In this document: one piece after another, positions 20,888 through 30,177 of the stretch
Numbering within the stretch: position 1 is the stretch's first letter
Layout: the number at the start of each line of letters is the position of its first letter
Source: an uncultured Verrucomicrobiae bacterium
GTDB lineage: Bacteria > Verrucomicrobiota > Verrucomicrobiia > Limisphaerales > UBA11358
Assembly (NCBI GenBank): GCA_963755455.1
Contig: CAVWJH010000004.1
Location: forward strand, 204,948 to 268,947
Reading direction: 5' to 3'
DNA: 64,000 bases
Made by a program: the position numbers and the translations under genes
The notes under the pieces: generated by a model
Seen by the model: the letters and a program-made list of their open reading frames with translations, nothing else
What the model was told of the DNA's origin: nothing
The model's database searches: none

Positions 20888-20919
20888 GCGGCCAGGCCAC
20901 GTGGCGTCCGTGAGAATGT
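20888..20919. repeat. 32-bp direct repeat, copy 2 (the 3' end of the HIT remnant)
   Basis: ATTCAACCCGGCGGCCAGGCCACGTGGCGTCC. Confidence 0.85.
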
Positions 20920-21038
20920 GGACGTGCAGGTGCGGCACGGTTTCGTCGCCGTCCTCGCCGTTGTTGATGGCGAGCAGGCAGCCAAGATGCGGAAAAGGAA
21001 GCTTTCTCGACAATGCGGCGGCATAGTTTAATTTTTCG
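20890..21038 (-). pseudogene. HIT (histidine triad) family gene remnant, C-terminal half only
   Basis: LGCLLAINNGEDGDETVPHLHVHIL contains the histidine triad. The tail GRHVAWPPG-stop is readable only after a 1-nt shift. The N-terminal half is absent because hemY starts at 21045 on the other strand. Confidence 0.5.
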
Positions 21039-21044
21039 GATTGA

Positions 21045-22424
21045 ATGAAATCCGTCGCAATCATCGGCGCTGGCATCACGGGACTGACCGCCGCGTTTTA
21101 TCTGAAACGCAAAGGTGTGCCAGTCACGGTTTATGAGGCGGGCCGGCGGGCAGGTGGCGTAATTCAATCCGTCCGCAAGGACGGTTTTCTGGCCGAGTCC
21201 GGGCCGAACACAATTCTCGAAACGTCGCCGAAGATCGCGCAGCTTGTCCGCGACGCCGGGCTGGAATCGCGCAAGCTCGCCACCAATCCGAAAGCCGAGG
21301 CGCGCTACGTCGTGCGCGGCGGAAAGCCCGTCGCCATGCCATCATCACAGCTTGGCATTTTCACGTCGGAACTTTTGAGCGCGAAGGCAAAGTTTGCGCT
21401 GGTTCGCGAACCGTTCGTGCCGCCGCGCCGCGATGGAAATGAGGAGAGTGTCGCGGAATTCGTAACGCGCCGGCTGAACCGGGAATTTCTGGATCGCATG
21501 GTGGACGCGCTGGTGGCTGGAATTTACGCGGGCGATCCGCACAGACTTTCCGTCCAGCACGCGCTGCCGAGGTTGAAGGCGCTGGAGGACAAATACGGTT
21601 CGCTCATCAAAGGCCAGATTCGTGGCGCGCGCGAGCGCAAGAAATCTGGCGAAGTGGCGCGCGACCGGGCGCCGAAATTTTCCTTCGACGAAGGCTTGCA
21701 GGTTTTGCCGGACACGCTGGCGGCGCTGCTTGGCGACTCGTTGAAATTGAATTCGCCGGTGACAAAGCTCGCGCAGACGGGCGACGGCTGGCGAGTTTCA
21801 ACTTCGAATGGCGAAGCGGAATTTGGCGCGGTGATTTATTGCGGCACGGCCTACAAACTTGCGGAATTAAAAATCGAATCGCAAAAGGCGTTGGATTTTT
21901 CCGTGTTTTCCGAAATCCGTTATCCGCCGGTGGCGAGCGTGGTGCTGGGTTTTCGCCGCGAAGACGTGGCTCATTCGTGCGAAGGATTCGGGATGTTGAT
22001 TCCGGGAATTGAAGGCTTCAAAATTCTCGGCACGATATTTTCGTCGTCGCTGTTTCCAAATCGCGCGCCTGCCGGCCACGTTTTGCTTTCGATTTACGTC
22101 GGCGGCGAGCGTCAGCCGGAACTGGCGTCGTTGCCGGCGGACGAACTGGTGAAACTGGTCTGCGAAGATTTGCGCGTGCTGCTGGGTGTGCGCGGCCAGC
22201 CGGTTTTCACGCATCACCATTTCTGGCCGCGCGCGATTCCGCAATACAATCTCGGCTACGGCAAATTCAAGGACTTGCTCAACGAAATTGAATCAAAGGC
22301 GCGCGGATTGTTTTTTGCCGGAAGTTTTCGCGACGGCGTTTCGCTGGGCGATTCGATTGTATCTGGCGCGAACATTGCGGAGCGCGTGGGGAAACTTTTT
22401 TTAGCCACAGATGTTCACAGATGA
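21045..22424 (+). CDS. hemY: Protoporphyrinogen/coproporphyrinogen oxidase (HemY type, FAD-dependent)
   Basis: MKSVAIIGAGITGLTAAFYL is the dinucleotide-binding motif, and HemY-like sequence runs throughout. It is followed by hemH. Confidence 0.85.
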   Translation: MKSVAIIGAGITGLTAAFYLKRKGVPVTVYEAGRRAGGVIQSVRKDGFLAESGPNTILETSPKIAQLVRDAGLESRKLATNPKAEARYVVRGGKPVAMPSSQLGIFTSELLSAKAKFALVREPFVPPRRDGNEESVAEFVTRRLNREFLDRMVDALVAGIYAGDPHRLSVQHALPRLKALEDKYGSLIKGQIRGARERKKSGEVARDRAPKFSFDEGLQVLPDTLAALLGDSLKLNSPVTKLAQTGDGWRVSTSNGEAEFGAVIYCGTAYKLAELKIESQKALDFSVFSEIRYPPVASVVLGFRREDVAHSCEGFGMLIPGIEGFKILGTIFSSSLFPNRAPAGHVLLSIYVGGERQPELASLPADELVKLVCEDLRVLLGVRGQPVFTHHHFWPRAIPQYNLGYGKFKDLLNEIESKARGLFFAGSFRDGVSLGDSIVSGANIAERVGKLFLATDVHR

Positions 22425-22486
22425 AACGATGATAAACCGGAAAAGAGTTTTTGAATCTGTGTCCATCTGTGTTTATCTGTGGCTGA
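22401..22486. repeat. Palindromic repeat family D (GCCACAGATG...CATCTGTGGC) between hemY and hemH
   Basis: TTAGCCACAGATGTTCACAGATGAAACG ... GAATCTGTGTCCATCTGTGTTTATCTGTGGCTGAA. It encodes the last residues of HemY (ATDVHR). Confidence 0.8.
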
Positions 22487-22493
22487 ATTTTTT

Positions 22494-23504
22494 ATGAGCA
22501 AGGCAATTCTGCTGGTCAATCTCGGTTCGCCGGACTCCACTTCCGTCGGCGACGTGCGGCGTTACCTCAACGAATTTTTGATGGACGGGCGCGTGATTGA
22601 CACGCCGTGGCTCGTGCGGCGGTTTATCGTCGGAATGATTTTGATCAGCCGCCCGAAAGAGTCCGCGCACGCCTACGAAAAAGTCTGGACGAAGGAAGGC
22701 TCGCCGCTCGTCGTTACCAGCCGTCACGTTCGGGAGCTTTTGCAAAAGCGCGTCAATGCGCCGGTGGAACTGGCGATGCGTTACCAGAATCCGTCCATCG
22801 AATCTGCGGTAAAAAAACTGGCGGCGAAAGGTGCCACGGAAGTTTTGCTCATCCCGCTGTTTCCGCATTATGCGATGTCGAGCTACGAAACCGCCGTCGT
22901 GCGCGTTCAGGAAGTCGTTGCGAAATTTGCGCCGAAAATGAAAGTGGCCGTGCAGCCGCCATATTATGACCGGCCGGATTACATCGTTGCGCTGGCGGCG
23001 AGCGCGACGGACTTTTTGAAAAAAGATTACGATCATTTGCTTTTCAGCTTTCACGGCATCCCGGAGCGGCACGTCAAAAAGTCGGATCCGACCGGCTGCC
23101 ATTGTCTTGTCACGCCGAATTGTTGTGAAACTCCGAGTCCGGCGCACGCGACGTGTTATCGCGCGCAGTGTTTCAAGACGGCGGCTTTGTTCATCGCGAA
23201 AGCCGGCGTGCCGGCGGGAAAATGGTCGGTATCATTTCAATCGCGGCTCGGCAGAGACCCGTGGCTGAAGCCTTACACGGATTACGAACTGCCTCGCCTA
23301 GCGACGGAAGGGAAAAAACGGATGCTCGTCATCTGCCCGGCGTTTGTGTCGGACTGCCTGGAGACGATTGAAGAAATCGGCATCCGCGGCTGCGAACAGT
23401 TCATGGCCGGGAATGGAAAGGAGTTCACGCGCATTCCGTGCATGAACGAGCATCCGCTCTGGATTGAGGCGCTGGAAACAATGGCGCGGAATTTTCTGCG
23501 CTGA
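22494..23504 (+). CDS. hemH: Ferrochelatase
   Basis: MSKAILLVNLGSPDS..VRRYLNEFL.D.RVI...LIPLFPHYAMSSYET...LLFSFHGIPERH...SFQSRLG...WL.PYT. Confidence 0.9.
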   Translation: MSKAILLVNLGSPDSTSVGDVRRYLNEFLMDGRVIDTPWLVRRFIVGMILISRPKESAHAYEKVWTKEGSPLVVTSRHVRELLQKRVNAPVELAMRYQNPSIESAVKKLAAKGATEVLLIPLFPHYAMSSYETAVVRVQEVVAKFAPKMKVAVQPPYYDRPDYIVALAASATDFLKKDYDHLLFSFHGIPERHVKKSDPTGCHCLVTPNCCETPSPAHATCYRAQCFKTAALFIAKAGVPAGKWSVSFQSRLGRDPWLKPYTDYELPRLATEGKKRMLVICPAFVSDCLETIEEIGIRGCEQFMAGNGKEFTRIPCMNEHPLWIEALETMARNFLR

Positions 23505-23505
23505 A

Positions 23506-24111
23506 TCATTCTTCCGTTTTCCCGCGCGGATGGCCGAACTTGAGCTTGACCGTGTCCAGAAACCCGGCGAAACCTTTTTTCTTTTTCAACTGCGCGGCCC
23601 CGATGCGCTCGGCCTTGTGGCTGCACAGTCGGCAAAGAAACAGCGGCTGGCCGCCTTTGCGCCGCATGACCTGGACACATTCGTTGCACATCACGTCAAG
23701 GCAGTGCGTGCATTTGTAGGTCGCCGGCGTTTGCGGGTGGCGCGAGCAGGCGACCATTCCGTCGGGCAGGACGACCGGCGGCTTCGGGCGGTCGCGCTCG
23801 AATTTCGGGATCGCCACATTGACGCCGGTGCTTTCGACGACCAGTTCCACGTCGCCCAGCCGCACTTTCTGTCCGGCAACCAGCCACGCTTCCGTGACGG
23901 GATTTTCGTTGACGAACGTGCCGTTGGTGGAATCGCAATCGCGGATGTAAATGCCGTCGGACGACAGCGCCAGCTCGCAATGGAGGGACGAAACCGTTGG
24001 GTGGTCAATGCGGAATTCGCAGTCGCGGTCGCGGCCGACGCGGCTGACGCCAAGGCGCAATTCCAGAACCTGGTTTTCCAAACCCGCCGTTTTGATGAGC
24101 AGCCTGGCCAT
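23506..24111 (-). CDS. FHA-domain protein with a C-terminal Cys-rich (B-box-like) zinc-binding region
   Basis: RVGRDRDCEFRIDHPTVSSLHCEL..IRDCDSTNGTFVN is an FHA core, followed by CSRHP...YKCTHCLDVMCNEC...CRLCSH. Confidence 0.7.
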   Translation of the reverse strand: MARLLIKTAGLENQVLELRLGVSRVGRDRDCEFRIDHPTVSSLHCELALSSDGIYIRDCDSTNGTFVNENPVTEAWLVAGQKVRLGDVELVVESTGVNVAIPKFERDRPKPPVVLPDGMVACSRHPQTPATYKCTHCLDVMCNECVQVMRRKGGQPLFLCRLCSHKAERIGAAQLKKKKGFAGFLDTVKLKFGHPRGKTEE

Positions 24112-24186
24112 AAATTCTCTGAAATTGCCTGAACTTTGCGCGACGGCAAAATGGAAGTCGAGCGGAAAATAAAAATCGCGAAACCG

Positions 24187-24537
24187 TTATTCCACAGCAG
24201 AAGGCTCTGGAACAACTTCAACTTTTGGACGGAAGACGGGCGTTTTTGGATCAACCTCTCGCTGCGCTTCCACTTCGCAATCATCATTTGCAGGCTGTGG
24301 CACAACGAGAGTCATGGCGTAAGGATAAGTTTGATAAATCCCCGGTTTCAGTGATTGTGCCGGTTGCGCGCCATCAAGCAAAACCGGACCGGCTTTTGAG
24401 AGTTGTAAATTCTGATTTGTCAAAATGATGAAAGGCGGCGGTGAAGCCATTGACGGTTGCCGGTCCGTTTGCGTGGCTGCCTTTTGCAGGAAAACCGTGA
24501 CAAAAGCCGCCGCCAGAACGATCACGACAAATTTCAT
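24187..24537 (-). CDS. Small secreted hypothetical protein
   Basis: Signal-like MKFVVIVLAAAFVTVFL. No recognisable domain. Confidence 0.4.
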   Translation of the reverse strand: MKFVVIVLAAAFVTVFLQKAATQTDRQPSMASPPPFIILTNQNLQLSKAGPVLLDGAQPAQSLKPGIYQTYPYAMTLVVPQPANDDCEVEAQREVDPKTPVFRPKVEVVPEPSAVE

Positions 24538-24574
24538 TTGGATTTAGACCTAGACCTGATTTCCATGTAAATGT

Positions 24575-24937
24575 TCATTCAAGCGGATTTTTTGCGAACG
24601 CAAACTCCTTCACGATTTTTCCGCCGATCAAATGTTCCTGGATGACGCGCTCCAAAACTTCCGGCGCGCACGAATGATACCACACGCCTTCGGGATAAAC
24701 GACGGCAACCGGCCCGCGCACGCAGACGCGCAGACAGTTCGCCTTCGTCCGGTAAACCAGCGGCTCCGCGCCGACCAAATCTAATTCCTTCAGCCGCCGT
24801 TTCAAAAATTCCCATGACTCCAGGGATTTTTCGCGCGGGCAGCATTTCGGCTCCGTCGCGTCGGTGCAAAGAAAAATGTGGCGCCGGAATTTTCCGATGC
24901 CGAGCGTCTCAACGGCGGCCTGTAGTTCGGTTTTCAT
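24575..24937 (-). CDS. Thioredoxin-like [2Fe-2S] ferredoxin family protein
   Basis: HIFLCTD...KCC...[22 protein letters not shown]. The Cys pattern and length fit (2Fe-2S) ferredoxin-like proteins. Confidence 0.6.
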   Translation of the reverse strand: MKTELQAAVETLGIGKFRRHIFLCTDATEPKCCPREKSLESWEFLKRRLKELDLVGAEPLVYRTKANCLRVCVRGPVAVVYPEGVWYHSCAPEVLERVIQEHLIGGKIVKEFAFAKNPLE

Positions 24938-25055
24938 AATCTTAATCCTGCTCTTAATTGTAATCGTTTAACTAGGCGGATTAAGATTGGGAAATAAATT
25001 CATCGCCAGAACGCCAGCCCGGTCACTTCGCCGACGGCGATGAGCGCGGCGGCAT

Positions 25056-25385
25056 TTACAATCCGTCGTAAAAATCGTCCGGGGCGAGCGCACCGTCCTC
25101 ACCATCAGGCGCGACGCCGCTTTCCGCGAGGATTTTGGCGATGTCGGGCGAAACCCATTGCGTGTGCTTTTTCTTTCTGGGCACGGGCTTGATGCGAAAA
25201 CGTCCCTGCGAGTCGCTTTCGATGATGCCGCGCTCCTCCATGCGCAGCAAGATCGGCTTGGCCCAGTTCGGGTCGTCGTGGAATTTTCTTTTGCCTCCGG
25301 CGCGGCGGCAAATCTCCGACCCATTGACGTAGTCGGCACCCCAGCTTTTCAGAAACTGGAAAATTTCGCGCTCATCTGTATCCAT
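25056..25385 (-). CDS. Hypothetical protein
   Basis: Intact 109-aa ORF with ordinary composition. No recognisable domain. Confidence 0.45.
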   Translation of the reverse strand: MDTDEREIFQFLKSWGADYVNGSEICRRAGGKRKFHDDPNWAKPILLRMEERGIIESDSQGRFRIKPVPRKKKHTQWVSPDIAKILAESGVAPDGEDGALAPDDFYDGL

Positions 25386-25424
25386 AAATCAAGGCTGGCA
25401 GAATCAAAACCGCAAGTCGAGGAG

Positions 25425-26389
25425 CTAAAGCTTCGCCGCGACGAACCGCGCCAGCTTCACCGCGTCCGCATTGAAAAGACGGATGCCCTCGGAAGTTTTT
25501 TCCGTCGCCATTGCGTCCTCGTTGAGCAGCCAGCGGAATTTCTTTTCGTCCAGCGTCACTTTTTCGATTTTGCTTTCGCGCGCGATTTCGGGACTCAATT
25601 TGCGCGCGAGCGGCGCAGAACTTTTTTGCAATTCGCCGAGCAATTGCGGGCTGATGGTCAGCAGATCGCAGCCGGCCAGTTCCTGGATTTCGCCGACGTT
25701 GCGAAAGCTCGCGCCCATCACCTCCGTCGCGTGGCCGAATTTTTTGTAATACGAATAAATTTCCTTCACGGAAATCACGCCGGGGTCTTCGGCGGGCGCG
25801 AAATCTTTTTTCTCCTTCGCCTTGTGCCAGTCCATGATCCGCCCGACGAACGGCGAGATCAATTTCACCTTCGCCTCGGCGCACGCGACGGCCTGCGCCA
25901 GCGAGAAAAGCAGCGTCATGTTGCAATTGATTCCCTCGCGCTGGAGAATTTCCGCCGCGCGGATGCCTTCCCACGTCGAGGCGATCTTGATGAGGATGCG
26001 CTCGCGCGCGATGCCATGCGCCTTGTAAAGTTCGATGAAGCGATGCGCCTTGGCGACGAGCGCTTCCGTGTCGAAGGACAAATTCGCATCGGTTTCCGTC
26101 GAGACGCGGCCCGGCACGATTTTCAAAATTTCGCAGCCGAACAAGATCAGCAAATCGTCCATGATTTTGCCGATGAGCGCCGCGCCGCCCGCGCCGGAAT
26201 TTTTATTGTCGGCAATCGCCTTGTCCAAAATGAATTTGTATTCCGGCATTGTCCGCCGACTTTCAAAATCAACGACGGATTCGTCGTGGCGTCGCGCGGC
26301 GCATATTGTTTCAGCGTTGCGAAATCGCCGGTGTCGGCGACGACGACGGTGAATTTCTTCAATTGATCCAGTTGATTTTCAGAACTCAT
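25425..26389 (-). pseudogene. tal: Transaldolase; one frame break at about 26249 (likely homopolymer indel)
   Basis: [38 protein letters not shown] lies in ORF 26147..26467. It continues as MPEYKFILD...[36 protein letters not shown] in ORF 25425..26249. Confidence 0.9.
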
Positions 26390-26523
26390 AAATTTTATAC
26401 TCCTCAAAATACGCCGCCGCCGCCCGTTGGCAAATTTTTTTGACGGCGATCTGCGCCGGATGTTCAATCAGGGAACGTTTTTGACACGGCGCGTTCTTGC
26501 CTTAAACTGCGCCGGATTTCATT

Positions 26524-27991
26524 ATGCCCACACATTATCTCGCCTGCGACCTCGGCGCGGACAGCGGACGCCTCATGCTCGGCACGCTCGCCGACGGGAA
26601 AATTGTCCTTCGAGGAACTGCACCGTTTTCCCAACGGCCCGGTCGAAGACTTCCGGCGCGTTGCACTGGAACATTGACGCGCTGTTCAACGAATTGAAAA
26701 ACGGCCTCAAAAAGGCCGCCGCGAAAAATCTGACCATCGCCAGCATCAGCACCGATTCCTGGGGCGTGGATTATGTGCTTTACGACGAGCGCGGACTCAT
26801 CATGCAGCCGGTCTGGTGCTATCGCGATTCGCGCACGGCCGGCGGCGTCGAAAACGTTCGGGCAAAAGTGGACTGGCCGGCGATTTTTTCCGAAACCGGA
26901 ATCCAGTTCATGGCGCTCAACACCATTTACCAGCTCGCCGCCGAGCCGCCCGAACGTCTCGCCCGCGCAAAACAACTGCTGCTCATCGGCAACGCATTCA
27001 ATTATTTCTGTTCCGGCGTCGCGCAAAAATGAAATGTCACTCGCCAGCACCACGCAACTTTACAATCCGCAAACCAAAACGTGGTCGAAGAAACTGCTTG
27101 ACGCGCTGAAATTGCGCGAGGATATGTTCGCGCCGATTTGTGCCAGCGGCACGAAACTCGGCCCGATGAAAAAAAATCTCGCCACGGAAGTCGGCCTGCC
27201 GCAAATCGAAGTCATCGCCAGTTGTTCGCACGACACCGGCGCGGCGGTCGCCGCCGTTCCCGCGAGCGGCGAGAATTGGGCTTATTTGAGTTCCGGCACA
27301 TGGTCGCTCATGGGCGTCGAATGGCCGCAGCCCGTCATCAACGACCAGGCGCGTTCGCTCGCGCTTCACGAACGAAATCGGCTACGGCGATTCCGTTCGC
27401 CTGCTGAAAAACATCGTCGGCCTTTGGATCGTGCAGGAATGTCGCCGGCAATGGGAAAAGGAAGGCAAAAAATATGATTTTCGCGCAGCTCGAACAAATG
27501 GCCGCCGCCGCGCCGCCGTTCGTTTCGCTCATCAATCCCGACGACCCGCGCTTTTTCAGCCCCGACGATATGCCGGAAAAAATCGCCGAGTTTTGCGAAG
27601 AAACCGGCCAGCCTGTTCCTGCAAATCACGCCGCGTTCATGTCCGCTGCATTTACGAAAGCCTCGCGCTATTTTATCGCGCGACGTTGCGCCGGCTCGAA
27701 CGGCTCATCGGCAAAAAAATCGAAAAACTTCACATCGTCGGCGGCGGCAGCAAGGACGCGACGCTCAATCAATTCACCGCCAACGCGCTGAAAATTCCCG
27801 TCCTCGCCGGGCCGACTGAATGCGCCGCGCTCGGAAACATTTTCGTGCAGGCGATTGCGCTTGGCCATTTGCCGTCGCTCGCCGCCGCGCGCGAAGTCGT
27901 TCGCAATTCGTTTGAATTGAAAACTTTCACGCCGCAGGACTCCGCGCAATGGGACGCCGCCGCCGCGCGGTTTGAAAATCTGTTGAGCTAA
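26524..27991 (+). pseudogene. rhaB: Rhamnulokinase-like FGGY carbohydrate kinase with at least four frame breaks
   Basis: MPTHYLACDLGADSGR, SISTDSWGVDYVLYDERG..YRDSRT, TGIQFMALNTIYQL, SLASTTQLYNPQTKTW, SCSHDTGAAVAAVP, YLSSGTWSLMG and HIVGGGSKDATLNQFTANA are spread over three frames. Confidence 0.75.
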
Positions 27992-27996
27992 AATTT

Positions 27997-28022
27997 GGTG
28001 GGGCGAGCGTCCTCGCGAGCCG
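27997..28022. repeat. Repeat family E, single arm between convergent rhaB and the aminotransferase
   Basis: GGTGGGGCGAGCGTCCTCGCGAGCCG is the reverse complement of the right arm at 55083-55108. Confidence 0.65.
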
Positions 28023-28027
28023 TCTCA

Positions 28028-29203
28028 TTATTTCTGCGCGGCGAGATTTTGCACGTGCCGCTCAATGCGGTTGCTCGCTTCGATCAGTTGCTCGTAGCTC
28101 GTCGCAAAACAGGCACGGCAAAAACCTTTGCCGTTTTCGCCAAAGGCCGAGCCGGGAACAATCGCCACTTTTTCCGCTTGCAACAGACCAATGGCAAAAT
28201 CTTTTTCGTTCAGCCCGGACTTGCTCACGTCAGGAAACGCGTAAAACGAGCCGCGCGGCAGATGGCATTTCAATCCGATTTCATTGAACCGGCGCACGAT
28301 GAAATCGCGGCGGCGATGATACTGGTCGCGCATCTTTTTCATCGCGTCCTCGCCGCGCACGAGCGCTTCGATGGCGGCTTCCTGCGCGATGATGGACGCG
28401 CAGAGCATCGAGTATTGATGCACCTTCATCATCGCCTCGATGAGCGCCGCCGGGCCGCACGCGTAGCCGATGCGCCAGCCGGTCATGGAAAACGCCTTGG
28501 AAAATCCGTGCAGAAAAATCGTGCGCTCCTTCATGCCGGGCAAACTCGCGATGCTCGTGTGAACGCCCTCGAACGTCAGCTCGGAATAAATTTCGTCGCT
28601 CAACACGATGAGATCTTTTTCCACCGCGAATTTCGCGATGGCCTCGATCTGCGCGCGGTCGCATGTGCCGCCGGTGGGATTGCACGGCAGATTGAGCATC
28701 AGAATTTTGCAGCCGGGCTGCCACGCGGCGCGGAGCGCGTCCACGGTGAGCGCGAAGCCATCTTTCGCGAACGTCGGCACGGGCACGGCGATGCCATGCG
28801 CGAGCGTGATGCTCGGCGAATAGCTGACGTAGCACGGCTGGTGATACATCACCTTGTCGCCGGGATTGATGAGCGCGCGGCAGGCGAGGTCGAGACCTTC
28901 GCTGACGCCGACGGTGATGATGACTTCGTTTTCCGGCGCGTAGCTGACGGAATAATTTTTCTCGACGTATTTATTGATGGCGCGGCGCAATTCGATGAGG
29001 CCGAGGTTGGACGTGTAATGCGTCTTGCCCTTTTCGAGCGCGTAGATGCCGGCCTCGCGGATGTGCCAGGGCGTGTCGAAATCCGGTTCGCCGACGCCGA
29101 GCGAGATGGCGTCCTTCATCTTGGCAACGATGTCAAAAAAGTCGCGGATGCCCGACTTGGGCAGGTTGACGACGTGCTTGGCGATGAAACGTGATTGGTC
29201 CAT
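28028..29203 (-). CDS. Class I PLP aminotransferase (aspartate/alanine aminotransferase-like)
   Basis: LGVGEPDFDTP, YTSN.G, NPGDKVM, NLPCNPTGG, LSDEIYSEL, FSKAFSMTGWRIGY and the tail RACFATS. Confidence 0.85.
   Translation of the reverse strand: MDQSRFIAKHVVNLPKSGIRDFFDIVAKMKDAISLGVGEPDFDTPWHIREAGIYALEKGKTHYTSNLGLIELRRAINKYVEKNYSVSYAPENEVIITVGVSEGLDLACRALINPGDKVMYHQPCYVSYSPSITLAHGIAVPVPTFAKDGFALTVDALRAAWQPGCKILMLNLPCNPTGGTCDRAQIEAIAKFAVEKDLIVLSDEIYSELTFEGVHTSIASLPGMKERTIFLHGFSKAFSMTGWRIGYACGPAALIEAMMKVHQYSMLCASIIAQEAAIEALVRGEDAMKKMRDQYHRRRDFIVRRFNEIGLKCHLPRGSFYAFPDVSKSGLNEKDFAIGLLQAEKVAIVPGSAFGENGKGFCRACFATSYEQLIEASNRIERHVQNLAAQK
29157..29203. repeat. Direct repeat copy 1: the authentic 5' end of the aminotransferase gene
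   Basis: TTGGGCAGGTTGACGACGTGCTTGGCGATGAAACGTGATTGGTCCAT. The minus strand encodes MDQSRFIAKHVVNLPK. Confidence 0.8.
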
Positions 29204-29281
29204 TTAATTTTTCGAGGATAAAAAACTTAACCGCATTCAGCAAACGAATTGAAAAATCCTGGGTGTTACGCGCTTTGGGAT

Positions 29282-30115
29282 TTAATCCTTCTTCGCGCCC
29301 GGCAATGCCTTCAGATTGGATGAAGTCAAAACCTGCATCTGGCGGATGGCGATTTGGTTCAGCCGTTTCAGCCGTTCACCTTGCGGCAACCCCATGTGGA
29401 TGAATTCCGCATTCATCCCTTCCATGTTCGCGAGCACCAGCAACTGGTCGATGCTCGCATAATCACGGACATTGCCTTCCAACTTGGGATTGGCGTCACG
29501 CCACTGCTTCGCCGTCTGGCCGAAGAGCGCGACGTTGAGCAAATCCGCCTCGGTCGCGTAGGTGATGGCTGTCTGGGTCGGCGTGATTTCCGGCGGCATC
29601 AGGTGCGCCTTCACCGCACCGGTGTGGATGCGGTAATTCAACTTCGACAACGTGCGGTTGAGATTCCACGCGAGCGAGAGCCGACGGTTTTCGTCGTCCT
29701 TCAATCGCTGGAATTCTTTGATGAGGTAGATTTTGAATTCCGCGCTGATCCACATGCCGAACTCGAAGGCGATGTCTTTGTGCGCGAAAGTGCCGCCATA
29801 CCGGCCAGCCGTGGCTTTGAGTCCGATGGCATTGGTCTTTTCCACCCAATCCTTGACGCTGATTTTGTAGCTGTTCAGCCCGGCCTGACTTTTAATTATG
29901 GCGAATTCGCCATAATTAAAACGTGGGTTGTGAACGGATTCCCAAACACCGAGGAATTCCACGGTATTCCGATTGCGCAGCCAGTCGGAAATGAAAAAGT
30001 CGCCGTCTTTGGCCTTGAGTATGTCCGTCAGCGAAATGAAATCCTCGTCTTTGTAAGACAAGACGGCGATGGCCGTGCCTTGCACTTCAATGACGGTTTT
30101 CTTTGGTTTGCTCAT
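29282..30115 (-). CDS. KilA-N domain-containing protein
   Basis: ISLTDILKAK...ISDWLRNRNTVEFLGVWE..NPRFNYGEF...GRYGGTFAHKDIAFEFGMWISAEFKIYLIKEFQRLK matches the KilA-N family as I recall it. AT-richer than the flanks. Confidence 0.7.
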   Translation of the reverse strand: MSKPKKTVIEVQGTAIAVLSYKDEDFISLTDILKAKDGDFFISDWLRNRNTVEFLGVWESVHNPRFNYGEFAIIKSQAGLNSYKISVKDWVEKTNAIGLKATAGRYGGTFAHKDIAFEFGMWISAEFKIYLIKEFQRLKDDENRRLSLAWNLNRTLSKLNYRIHTGAVKAHLMPPEITPTQTAITYATEADLLNVALFGQTAKQWRDANPKLEGNVRDYASIDQLLVLANMEGMNAEFIHMGLPQGERLKRLNQIAIRQMQVLTSSNLKALPGAKKD

Positions 30116-30126
30116 GGCAAAATTTT

Positions 30127-30174
30127 TTGGGCAGGTTGACAGAGTGCTTGGCAATGAAAATAGGATTAGTCTGG
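30127..30174. repeat. Direct repeat copy 2: a diverged duplicate of the aminotransferase 5' end, upstream of KilA-N
   Basis: TTGGGCAGGTTGACAGAGTGCTTGGCAATGAAAATAGGATTAGTCTGG. The minus strand reads QTNPIFIAKHSVNLPK. About 36 of 48 nt match copy 1. Confidence 0.75.
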
Positions 30175-30177
30175 AAA

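Noticed and set aside
24947-24997. An 11-bp perfect inverted repeat, AATCTTAATCC ... GGATTAAGATT, upstream of the ferredoxin-like gene, as a regulatory operator.
   Set aside because: It is a single occurrence with a 29-nt loop and no T-tract. It could be a weak terminator for the upstream gene or another repeat relic, and the evidence is insufficient.
25158-26366. Long antisense ORFs opposite real genes. Besides this one: 27995..29194, 44991..46154, 46950..47876, 6077..7048, 36530..37300, 8822..9898, 11233..12369, 48455..49300, 29354..30139, 33154..33792.
   Set aside because: Each lies opposite a gene with clear family motifs. Their translations are Arg/His/Phe/Ala-rich low-complexity sequence, typical of stop-poor antisense frames in GC-rich DNA.
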